Shown here piece by piece: positions 37,130-46,130 of a stretch of DNA of 48,773 bases. The translations under genes and the position numbers were made by a program. The DNA comes from Promethearchaeota archaeon (lineage in GTDB: Archaea > Asgardarchaeota > Lokiarchaeia > Sigyniarchaeales > SOKP01): assembly GCA_016839745.1 (NCBI GenBank), contig JAEOTS010000026.1:1-48773 (forward strand). The letters run 5' to 3'. Numbering within the stretch: the first letter of the stretch is position 1; each line of letters begins with the position of its first letter. The notes under the pieces are model-generated. The model did not search any database and had not been told where the DNA came from. It worked only from the letters and a program-made list of their open reading frames with translations.

Positions 37130-38602
37130 TCACATCAACTCCTCCGAAGTAATAATTCCTACTACTTTTTTTTGCTCGTCTACTACAGGCAAGGCGGATA
37201 TCTCGTTGGTTTTCATTCGTCTTGCTGCAACATCGAGTGGATCGTTATCTGAGGCTGTAATGACTCGAGTTGTAATAATTTCATCTAATCTATGCTTATC
37301 GTCAGCGATAGCTTTAGTAATATCAAAACTTGTCACAATTCCCCTTAACTTGCTTTCTCGGTCAATAATTACAATGTGATTTACATTATTCCTTACTATC
37401 TTTTCGGCTACAACCTTAATATGGCAGTCATCGTAGCATGTTTCAGCTTTTTTCTTTAAATCTTTTACGAATTTCAATTCTGATGTTATTTTCATTGGTT
37501 TGAACACTGTATCAGTGGGTAATGTTTCAGCTGGCGGATTTAGGAAAAATTTTCCCCCTTGAATCCATTCCTTTAGGGTCTCAGCAATCTTTTTCGCATG
37601 ATGAAATGACGACATAGGGGAACACTTTACTTTTTTACCGTTCAATTCAATGTTTCCACTTTTCATCTCTTCATAACTTACTTGCTTTAGTTTGGGGCGA
37701 TCTCGTCTCGGAACGCCGTAATCAACAACATCCGTCAGAAGATCCGCGTCAGATATAGCAGTTTTTCTCGCTAATCCCTCGTTTAATATTGGAATAGCTA
37801 TTCCTAACCCCACAAAAAGAGAGGTACCATATTTCTCGTAAGTTACACCTCTTAAATATTCTGGCGTCATTTGTTTCAAATCCCCTTTAACGAACAAAGT
37901 TCCAAATCTACTTCCAGGGCTATGTTGAGTACCTTCTCCAATGATGTATCCAATACCGCCTCCAAGGAAAATTCTGGTTCCAATACCAATAGTCTCATAA
38001 TCCGGATCATTGCTCAAAGGACTTAGCGCACCCGCGCCAGCAAAATGAGCATTGCCAAATTTTGGTAATAATTTGCCCATGTAAGTATACAGTGTTTTAT
38101 CTGAGCTATTCACTGCACATACATATCGTTGATATGCATTCCTTGGATTTAATAAAATTGCCTGATTTATCTCGTTAATAGTAAATTTTGTGTCCACTTC
38201 TGCCAAGGGATAGCAATCGGTCGTGTATGAATTTCCTCTTAATCTAATCTCCTTTCCTGAAACAAGATCTTCTATTACATGACCTCCACCGTATTCAAAT
38301 GGTCGTATATCTGCCATCCTGGTGCAGCCAATATAACAATCTACTGCTGCGTTCCCATGATATGCGTGAACATCGTTTAACCATAGATGCTCGAACTTAA
38401 TCGGAGGATCAGAGTGCCCAAAATTTAAAAATGCACCACTGGAACACATAGGTCCAAAAGTACCTGTAGTCACTACATCAATCTCTTCAGCAGCTATTTT
38501 TATCCCTCTTTCTTCCACAATTTTTATCATTTCTTCAGCAGTTACTATAACCGCACTACCCTTCTTAATTTTTTCGTTAATTTCACTATACGATTTAGTC
38601 AA
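37130..38602 (-). CDS. DUF39-CBS homocysteine biosynthesis protein (L-aspartate semialdehyde sulfurtransferase)
   Basis: EINEKIKKG, DVVTTGTFGPMCSSGAFLNFGH, TDCYP, NPRNAYQ, TYMG, two C-terminal CBS domains; start likely TTG 38602 after GGTGAT. Confidence 0.92.
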   Translation of the reverse strand: MTKSYSEINEKIKKGSAVIVTAEEMIKIVEERGIKIAAEEIDVVTTGTFGPMCSSGAFLNFGHSDPPIKFEHLWLNDVHAYHGNAAVDCYIGCTRMADIRPFEYGGGHVIEDLVSGKEIRLRGNSYTTDCYPLAEVDTKFTINEINQAILLNPRNAYQRYVCAVNSSDKTLYTYMGKLLPKFGNAHFAGAGALSPLSNDPDYETIGIGTRIFLGGGIGYIIGEGTQHSPGSRFGTLFVKGDLKQMTPEYLRGVTYEKYGTSLFVGLGIAIPILNEGLARKTAISDADLLTDVVDYGVPRRDRPKLKQVSYEEMKSGNIELNGKKVKCSPMSSFHHAKKIAETLKEWIQGGKFFLNPPAETLPTDTVFKPMKITSELKFVKDLKKKAETCYDDCHIKVVAEKIVRNNVNHIVIIDRESKLRGIVTSFDITKAIADDKHRLDEIITTRVITASDNDPLDVAARRMKTNEISALPVVDEQKKVVGIITSEELM

Positions 38603-38779
38603 ATCATCACCAGTTTTCTTATTTCTCAACCAAAAGAATAAATTTGATTATATGGATTAATTATATGCTACTTATAAATATTGATGTCTAAAATATGCAT
38701 TTATAACATTTTTAATGCAAGAGAATAATAAAAGGTGTTTTAAACCCAATTTAATTTAGTTCAGAAGGATTATATAGAA

Positions 38780-38804
38780 TGTTGATTGCATAATGCAATC
38801 AACA
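38780..38804. promoter_or_regulatory. Perfect 11-bp inverted repeat, candidate operator
   Basis: TGTTGATTGCA-TAA-TGCAATCAACA in the divergent intergenic region. Confidence 0.55.
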
Positions 38805-39245
38805 AAGTTGAAATAACAATCAAAAAAAACAAATTGTCTTATCTGTAATAGTCCCCATATATTTAAATATGAGGTGTTGTGCAAAATTTTTATAACTAAA
38901 TTTCATAAATTTATATGAAAATTTTTATTAACTCACAAAAAACTATTCACTAAATCTTTTTGAACACAGAAATCATTTGCTTTATTTCAATTACATCTAT
39001 GTCTAAATTTTTTTACACAGTAAGATCACACTAAATGGGAAGGTTGCTCCACTCCTCTTTCCTACTTTTCATGTGAAATAGAAAATTTTAAATATTAGTA
39101 AATAGCCATTATAAAATATTCCCGAATAAAGTCTATTTGACTTTTTGGAAATACGCGAACCATTCTCAAATGTTGTAAAACACTGAGAATTTCGCGAATT
39201 ATACAAAAACTAACTTTATATTATAAATCAACAAAGTTGAAATAA
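38797..39245. repeat. Exact 20-nt direct repeat (38797-38816 and 39226-39245) with internal palindrome
   Basis: AATCAACAAAGTTGAAATAA occurs twice, each followed shortly by AAAAAACAAATTG; contains TCAAC-AAA-GTTGA. Confidence 0.8.
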
Positions 39246-39277
39246 AAAAATAAAAAACAAATTGGAGAAAAATAAAA

Positions 39278-41413
39278 ATGAAAAATAAAACAATAGCGAT
39301 TACTATAATAGCGTTGTTATCTCTAAGTTCTTTTGGGCTACTATTCACTTCACTTTTAACTCCAGCAACAGCTGCACCCTATAATTTTTTTGCTGATGGA
39401 CCATTAGCAATGGATGCCTCTCCTGAAATGTTGGGTGAAAAAGAAGTAGCGATTCGTGAATATGCCGCAGAAGTAGGAGCCGCAATAGCAACCCAAGCTT
39501 CACCAATGGGTGACCCTGCTACTATCGGTGAGGAGTTAGTTATTACTGTTTCTGATAGTGGGTTGAATATTGATTATGATGAGACTTTTGTAGTTGTCTT
39601 GGATGGTCTTCACGGCATTATTTGTATAGAAAAAGCAGCTTACGACAGCTTTGATGGTACAACTTATTATTTTCCAAATCCTAATGGCGATGATAGTGAA
39701 CCTTGGCTACGAACACAAGACTTAATTACCCATGACCAGTTAGTCTATATGTTAAACGAATTCGACACTAATATCTACCCAACTGATACTGCTATCTATG
39801 GTGAACCCTTACCTCGTGGTGATGAGGGTCAGAAATGTTGGGTTCTTATCCATAACATTCGTGATGTGGCATATTATGATCCTACAGCAGAAATGTATAT
39901 AGCAGGTTATTTCTCAGCAAGTGAGGATGCGGAGAACAACAAAAATATGTTTCATATGGACTCTTATGATTGGATAAACAGAGCTGGCCCAGATGGAGGG
40001 CGTCCTTATTTGTATGAAGGTACTTTTGCTCACGAGTTCGAGCACTTAATCCATTTTGACCAAGATCCTGACGAACCTTCATGGGTTGACGAAGGATTAG
40101 CTGATTTAGCTGCCTTTTTATGTGGTTATGGTCATCCAGACGGTCATCTTATGTATTACATGGCATTTCACCCATTTACATCTCTTACCTTCTGGGGTAA
40201 TTCATTAGAAGATTACGGTTGTGCTCATCTCTTTGCACTCTATCTATATGAAAAGTTTGGCGGAGCAGATTTTATTACGGATTTAGTTCAGGAGCAGGCT
40301 AATGGTATCGAGGGTATTGTAAAAACTCTAAGGAAACATGGCATTTGGTATCCTTTTGATTGGATTTTTGATTGGTGGACCGTTGCTAACTATTTAGATG
40401 ACACATCTATATATGGAGGTATATATGGCTACGATCTCATAGATATAGGAAGCGCTGATACAAGGGGTTGGACAATTGACTATGCGTTATGGGGATATTG
40501 GGGTGAACCTATTTTTGGTGGAAATTGGGAGATAGATGTAAGCTGGTGGTGGGGTAATCCACAACCTTATACTCCACATTATTACCGATTTACCACGGAT
40601 GCAAGATCTGAGATGTATATTGATGGCACGGATTTTGCTGGAACAACTGCTTATAGTGGAACTTATGAATGGTATTCCGACGCTCTGGCTTGGTCGTGGC
40701 GTAGCTTCTACCAAACTTTCGCTATCCCTGCCGGTGGCGCAACTCTCGATTTCATGACATATTATGAGATAGAAGGTGATTGGGATTATGGTTACGTAGA
40801 AGTGTATGACCAGGATACTGATGAATGGTATACGTTAGACGCTGCAGGTACCGTAGATTATGTGGCTCATGCTCAAGACAATCCTAATACACCTGATGGA
40901 CGTGAACCTTCAGCTTACGAAACTGCTGGACGTTGGCACGCTTTTACTGGAGAAAGTGGTGGATGGATTCCTGTTTCTATGGATCTCACTCCTTTTGCTG
41001 GACACGATATTGATATTTACTTTACTCTGTGGCAAGATGGTGCCTTTACCCTTCAAAATATGTATGTAGACGATATCTCAATTCCAGAAATAGCATTTTC
41101 TGACGATGTAGAAGCTGGTGAAGATGGTTGGACTACTACGGGATGGTATGTGACCGATGGCATTCAAGATAATGATTTTGAAGTCACAATATTAGGCCTT
41201 AATTATCCAATTACAGATCCAGAAGTACCCATAGGATTTAGATGGGCCAGGAAAATATATGTTTCGCCTGGTACTCAAAGTGGAAGTTACACGCTAAGTA
41301 CTTCCTACCCAGATCAGGTCTATTTAGGTATCGTTACTAACCGTGCTAATCACATCTTACCATCTGGTTATGTTGTAGGAGTTATGCCTAAGTCCTTTGT
41401 ATGGTATATGTAA
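39278..41413 (+). CDS. Secreted zinc metalloprotease (immune inhibitor A/M6- or M30-like)
   Basis: Signal peptide, AHEFEHLIH (HExxH), WVDEGLAD, C-terminal YEIEGDWDYGYVEV...DLTPFAG...YVDDI InhA-type beta domain. Confidence 0.85.
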   Translation: MKNKTIAITIIALLSLSSFGLLFTSLLTPATAAPYNFFADGPLAMDASPEMLGEKEVAIREYAAEVGAAIATQASPMGDPATIGEELVITVSDSGLNIDYDETFVVVLDGLHGIICIEKAAYDSFDGTTYYFPNPNGDDSEPWLRTQDLITHDQLVYMLNEFDTNIYPTDTAIYGEPLPRGDEGQKCWVLIHNIRDVAYYDPTAEMYIAGYFSASEDAENNKNMFHMDSYDWINRAGPDGGRPYLYEGTFAHEFEHLIHFDQDPDEPSWVDEGLADLAAFLCGYGHPDGHLMYYMAFHPFTSLTFWGNSLEDYGCAHLFALYLYEKFGGADFITDLVQEQANGIEGIVKTLRKHGIWYPFDWIFDWWTVANYLDDTSIYGGIYGYDLIDIGSADTRGWTIDYALWGYWGEPIFGGNWEIDVSWWWGNPQPYTPHYYRFTTDARSEMYIDGTDFAGTTAYSGTYEWYSDALAWSWRSFYQTFAIPAGGATLDFMTYYEIEGDWDYGYVEVYDQDTDEWYTLDAAGTVDYVAHAQDNPNTPDGREPSAYETAGRWHAFTGESGGWIPVSMDLTPFAGHDIDIYFTLWQDGAFTLQNMYVDDISIPEIAFSDDVEAGEDGWTTTGWYVTDGIQDNDFEVTILGLNYPITDPEVPIGFRWARKIYVSPGTQSGSYTLSTSYPDQVYLGIVTNRANHILPSGYVVGVMPKSFVWYM

Positions 41414-41630
41414 TAATAAAAATTTTTAAATTCCTTTTTTTTTTAATGTTCTTTATTTCCAGTAAATATTAAAGGAATAAATCTAATCCTTCTCAGTATT
41501 AGATACTATAAAATTGTTCAAAATATATCTAATTTGAACTATTAAACTTTTTTAAGTATAAGACTTTTGAATAATAATAATTTTAATAAAACAATTTTCT
41601 TCTCAAGAATTTCAATATATCGCGTTTTCT

Positions 41631-42575
41631 ATGGAGACTAAAACCAAAAAAAATTATAGAATCAACCCCAAAACAATTGCAAATATTCTATTGGTGTTAA
41701 CTACACTTTTGTGGGGCACGTCGTTCATAATAACTAAAAATCTCACTCAAGAAGTTCCCATTTTCTTATACCTCGGGATAAGGTTTTCAATAGCGATTAT
41801 TGGATTTATTCCGTATTTTATACATATAAAAAGAATAAATAAAAAAATTCTCTTATTTGGAACCTTGACGGGATTAATGTACTACAGTGCGATCGTTTTT
41901 CAAACTCTCGGTATTCAAACAACTACGGCGGGTAAAGCGGCGTTTATTACGGGGTTAAGTACTATTATGGTACCTTTTATCACTTGGTTAGGTTTTAGAA
42001 AAGTCATCAAGAAGAGAGTATGGCTCGCTGTAATCATTTCTATAAGTGGAATGGTGTTTCTGTCGTTAGAAGGAGAGTCAAATATCATAATAGGAGATTT
42101 TCTAGTCCTTCTTTGTGCTGTGTTATACGCCTTTTTTATCGTATTAAACGATAGATATGTTCGAATAGTAGATGTATATCTTTATTCCGCGGTTCAATTA
42201 ATTACAATTAGCGTTCTTAGTTTTGGGGGCGCATTTTTGCTTAATGAAACGTATGATCTGATGAATGTTAGTTTACCCTTTTGGTTAATATTTATTTATA
42301 TGGGTTTAGTAGTTACTACTGGAACCTTTATTTTTCAAAATTGGAGCCAACAACATCAGGGGTCAACTCAAACGGCTATTATTTTTACTTTAGAACCTGT
42401 ATTTGCTGTAATCTTTGCGTCCTTCATCATTGGTGATGAAACTATGACATGGTTAGGTTGGTTAGGCTGTGCGTTAATTTTTATTGCAATCTTAATTACA
42501 GTACTGAAAAATAGTGAGAATAACAATAGTAAAAACAATAACTCTGGGATTCAACTAGATGGACTTCAAGAGTAA
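41631..42575 (+). CDS. DMT/EamA family transporter
   Basis: LWGTSF, AGKAAFITGL, IGDFLVL, IFTLEPVFA; ~10 TM. Confidence 0.92.
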   Translation: METKTKKNYRINPKTIANILLVLTTLLWGTSFIITKNLTQEVPIFLYLGIRFSIAIIGFIPYFIHIKRINKKILLFGTLTGLMYYSAIVFQTLGIQTTTAGKAAFITGLSTIMVPFITWLGFRKVIKKRVWLAVIISISGMVFLSLEGESNIIIGDFLVLLCAVLYAFFIVLNDRYVRIVDVYLYSAVQLITISVLSFGGAFLLNETYDLMNVSLPFWLIFIYMGLVVTTGTFIFQNWSQQHQGSTQTAIIFTLEPVFAVIFASFIIGDETMTWLGWLGCALIFIAILITVLKNSENNNSKNNNSGIQLDGLQE

Positions 42576-42752
42576 TCCCTCAGGGCGATTTTAAGTTAAA
42601 ATAATTTGCTACTTTGTTTTAAAATAAATTTATTAACCCTTACCCTATTATTTTAACAAAATTACAGTTTGTAATTTTTTTGTGTAAGAATATATTACTT
42701 AGAAGATTGAAGTTCTTTCAAAATTCTATTGTGGAGACGAGAGTGAATAATA

Positions 42753-42905
42753 GTGAAACTAGTAACTGAAAATTTAAGAGTTTGCGAAAAATGCGGAAAT
42801 GTTATGGTAAATAGAATCCTTAAGAGAGGCTCACATGGTAACTCTGGCAAACTAGAAAGAATCCTTCAGTGTATAGTATGTAGACATTGGAAATCAATTG
42901 ACTAA
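42753..42905 (+). CDS. Small zinc-ribbon protein (50 aa), not in ORF track
   Basis: GTG start after GAGTGA; MKLVTENLRVCEKCGNVMVNRILKRGSHGNSGKLERILQCIVCRHWKSID has two CxxC pairs. Confidence 0.75.
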   Translation: MKLVTENLRVCEKCGNVMVNRILKRGSHGNSGKLERILQCIVCRHWKSID

Positions 42906-43015
42906 TCCTGCTTTTATTCTAATATCTAAAATCTAAGACAAATCTAATTTCCATTAACTCTTTTACTTGTTGTGATAAATAGAAACTTTAAATATCAATT
43001 AAACGAACATTGATT

Positions 43016-44431
43016 ATGAAGGAAAATTTCGAACTCCCCGAAGAATCAGTTTCAGTAAAAACAAAATTAAGCTATAGCATAGGGGGCTTAGCAAATGGGT
43101 TGTTAAATGGATTTGTATTTGCTAATCTAACCTTTTTTTACAATGTAAAACTAGGTGCTGATGAAGGTTTACTAATAATTGGTTGGTTAATATTCATAAT
43201 CTGGAATACTATTAACGATCCTATAGCTTCTTACATTGTCGATAACACCAGAACAAAGATTGGGAGGAGGGTACCATATATTCGTTATGGTTCGATTTTC
43301 TACGGATTAGCTTTCATTTTCTGTTGGTTCCCAATTTCTCCTTTAGATAACCAAGTTGGTTTATTCATAAATTTTACGGTGGCACTTTTCCTCTTAGATA
43401 CGATGTTTACTATAGTAGGGGTCTGTTTTTTTTCGCTACCCAATGAGATTGCTATAACTGCCAAGGGTCGAGCTAGCATAGGAGTATATAATTATACATT
43501 AGGTTTAATTAATTTAATTCTTGGATTTATCTTACCTGTAGTTTTTCTTACTGGTCAAGAAGGCATCCATCCTTTGTTCGGACCAGTGATTGTAACTATT
43601 GGTATTGGCAGTTCTGTGTTATTATTCGTAACTTCATTTGGAATAAAAGAAAACATGTTTACTCAGCTTCAAGAACATGAAGGTTTCATTGAAGGATTAA
43701 AATTAACTTTAAAGAATAAACCATTTTGGATTCTTATGATTCCAGCTTTTCTAATTGCGACACTCTATCCTATTTTTTTTACAGGAATTCTATATTACAT
43801 AGATTATATCATACCAGGTCAATCTCCGATCTATGTTTTACTAGGTACTATCATAGGAATTATCCTTGGATTGATTATAACTTTAAGAAAAATTGCAAAA
43901 TGGCAACCAAAAAAAACAATGATAATAAACGCATATACGATTGTTATTGGATTAATCCTACTTTTTGTAGTTGGTTACAATTCGATTTTAGCTACAATTC
44001 CATTTTTACTCGTAGGAATTGGGTATGGTGGTGCTGCAATTGGTAATTTTGCGATAATGGGAGATGTAATTGATAACGATGAATTGATTACAGGAAAAAG
44101 GAGAGAAGCAGTTTATGGTGGAGTGAATGCAATCGTTACGAAACCTTCAGTTTCAATAGCTAACGCAATTTTCCTCGCAATAATTAGCGGATTTGGATTT
44201 CGTTCTGAGCAGCAACCTCAAGAATTTATAGCGATAGTTGGGATTATGATTGCATTTTCTATCGTCCCCGCTATCCTCTTATTCTTTACTGCTTTTAGCC
44301 TAAGATGGTATCCTTTGGATGGTCCTGAATGGCTACAAAAAAAGGAGCAAATTATGAAAATTCATGAAGACAAAGAAAGAGAATACTTAGAATTTCTTTC
44401 AAAAAAGTCAAAATCTCTTGATAACGAGTGA
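43016..44431 (+). CDS. MFS GPH-family (MelB-like) sugar:cation symporter
   Basis: KLSYSIG, WNTINDP, DNTRTKIGRRVPYI, DVIDNDELITGKRREAVYGG. Confidence 0.9.
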   Translation: MKENFELPEESVSVKTKLSYSIGGLANGLLNGFVFANLTFFYNVKLGADEGLLIIGWLIFIIWNTINDPIASYIVDNTRTKIGRRVPYIRYGSIFYGLAFIFCWFPISPLDNQVGLFINFTVALFLLDTMFTIVGVCFFSLPNEIAITAKGRASIGVYNYTLGLINLILGFILPVVFLTGQEGIHPLFGPVIVTIGIGSSVLLFVTSFGIKENMFTQLQEHEGFIEGLKLTLKNKPFWILMIPAFLIATLYPIFFTGILYYIDYIIPGQSPIYVLLGTIIGIILGLIITLRKIAKWQPKKTMIINAYTIVIGLILLFVVGYNSILATIPFLLVGIGYGGAAIGNFAIMGDVIDNDELITGKRREAVYGGVNAIVTKPSVSIANAIFLAIISGFGFRSEQQPQEFIAIVGIMIAFSIVPAILLFFTAFSLRWYPLDGPEWLQKKEQIMKIHEDKEREYLEFLSKKSKSLDNE

Positions 44432-44476
44432 TATAGAAAAGATTCAGCTTCAAAATCTAAAAATATTAAAGAGAAA

Positions 44477-44595
44477 AGAAGGGAAAGACATATTTGAGCA
44501 AAATATTAATAAACAGGGAGAGAATTAAACTCAACGAGTTTAATAGAGGGCGAAATCCAATGTTAGCTCAAATTATCTCGTTAAATTTCCCTTCT
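44477..44595. other. Nested inverted-repeat element between convergent genes (possible sRNA or MITE)
   Basis: AGAAGGGAAA/TTTCCCTTCT, ATTTGAGC/GCTCAAAT and ATTAAACTC-AAC-GAGTTTAAT pair in nested order. Confidence 0.5.
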
Positions 44596-44670
44596 AGATA
44601 ATAATTATATTTATGTCTTTTAAAATAATCGTATTATAAATTAAAGGTGTACTAATATCAGTAACGAATT

Positions 44671-45471
44671 TCATAAAAAATCCGAAATTTTAATTTTAGA
44701 ACCGTCTTCTGCGGCAATTATCGTTTTTATATTAGTTTCTTTTCGTAATTTTGTGATTTGGCTTGGAATATAATTTTTGGGGGAAAAGTTACTGTCCATA
44801 TAGCTCCCAAAATGAGTAATTAGCAGACCTTTTAGAGGAGGAGTAATTTTATTTAAATATGGGATAACCTCGTCTGTACAAACATGCCTACGACAAGTTA
44901 TAGAGTCTGGTCTGAGTAAGTTTAAAACCATTATATCTATTCCTGAAAATTGTTCAGAAAATCCCTCAAATACCTTTGTATCGCTGGTAAAGGCTATTGA
45001 ATAATTTTCTAAGTTAAAAATTAAACCAAAACCTTCAACTTGAGCGTGTATAACTTTAGTGCCAACTATTTCTACTCCATTATAGTTAAATTTATCGCCT
45101 CCCTTGAATGGAACAATCGTTTCAAGCATATCCTGGTGGTATTTTGGAACAAATTTGAGTGTTTCTTCAGTCGTTATTAAAGTACCCTTTTTAAAATAGT
45201 TATAATTCCTGTCGTGAAGTCGTTCTCTGGAAGCTTCGATAATCGCACATAAGTCATTAAAATGGTCAATGTGCAGGTGTGTCACTATAAATAAATTTGT
45301 CCTTGTAGGATCTTCATTGTATTGGTTGATTCTCACAATGGCGCCTGGTCCTGGATCTATATGAGCTTGATTTCCGTTGAATTTGAATAGGATACCCCCA
45401 GTAGCTCTATATTGCGTTCTAATGTGATGACGTCCGCCTCCAGAACCTAAAATTACTAATTCATCATCCAT
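44671..45471 (-). CDS. MBL-fold hydrolase (PhnP/RNase Z-like archaeal family)
   Basis: ILGSGGG, IDPGPG, THLHIDH, FTSDT, ITHFG. Confidence 0.88.
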   Translation of the reverse strand: MDDELVILGSGGGRHHIRTQYRATGGILFKFNGNQAHIDPGPGAIVRINQYNEDPTRTNLFIVTHLHIDHFNDLCAIIEASRERLHDRNYNYFKKGTLITTEETLKFVPKYHQDMLETIVPFKGGDKFNYNGVEIVGTKVIHAQVEGFGLIFNLENYSIAFTSDTKVFEGFSEQFSGIDIMVLNLLRPDSITCRRHVCTDEVIPYLNKITPPLKGLLITHFGSYMDSNFSPKNYIPSQITKLRKETNIKTIIAAEDGSKIKISDFL

Positions 45472-45513
45472 AATTCAATACCATAAAAAAGAGTAAATAA
45501 CCAAAAATAAAGT

Positions 45514-46035
45514 TTAGTACTTACTTTTTTTCATTAATTCTTTTGCTATAAGATCGAATACGAGCTCAACATTAGTTCCAGTTTTTGACGAGGTCTTTAC
45601 GTATTTGATCATATTAAACGCATCTTTTATGCTTTTTGCTGATTCATCATCAACAGCAATAAATTCTTCCAAATCTAGCTTGGTTCCGACAAGTATTATT
45701 GGAAGATCGAAATCGTGCATTCTAACAATATTTACCCAATTTAAAATATTATCAATTTTTGGCATTCTGGTGAGATCAAAAAGCAATAGCGCTCCTTTAG
45801 CACCCATAATAAAGCTTTCTAGCAAGTGTCTAAAGCGCACTTGGCCCCCTAAATCCCAGATCTGGAGCGTGCAACTCCCTACATTCTCGTAAATGATTTG
45901 TTTAATGAAAAAATCGACCCCTACTGTTGCTATGCTAGATTCGTCGAATGTACCATCTACATATTTTCGGAGTAGCGTGGTTTTACCAACAGCACCATCA
46001 CCGCCAACAAGTATTTTGAAAACGAAGTTTCTCAT
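45514..46035 (-). CDS. Rab-like small GTPase
   Basis: FKILVGGDGAVGKTT, TVGVDF, QIWDLGGQVRF, GTKLD, TSSKTG. Confidence 0.93.
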   Translation of the reverse strand: MRNFVFKILVGGDGAVGKTTLLRKYVDGTFDESSIATVGVDFFIKQIIYENVGSCTLQIWDLGGQVRFRHLLESFIMGAKGALLLFDLTRMPKIDNILNWVNIVRMHDFDLPIILVGTKLDLEEFIAVDDESAKSIKDAFNMIKYVKTSSKTGTNVELVFDLIAKELMKKSKY

Positions 46036-46130
46036 TTTGCATCGGGTATAAACAATATTAAAACATAACCTTAATATAATAAATAATAAGAATTAGCCCT
46101 TTTATTTTATTATGAAATATCGATTATTAA

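Noticed and set aside
38797-39245. CRISPR array or IS ends
   Set aside because: Only two copies 429 nt apart, with no regular spacers, cas genes or transposase.
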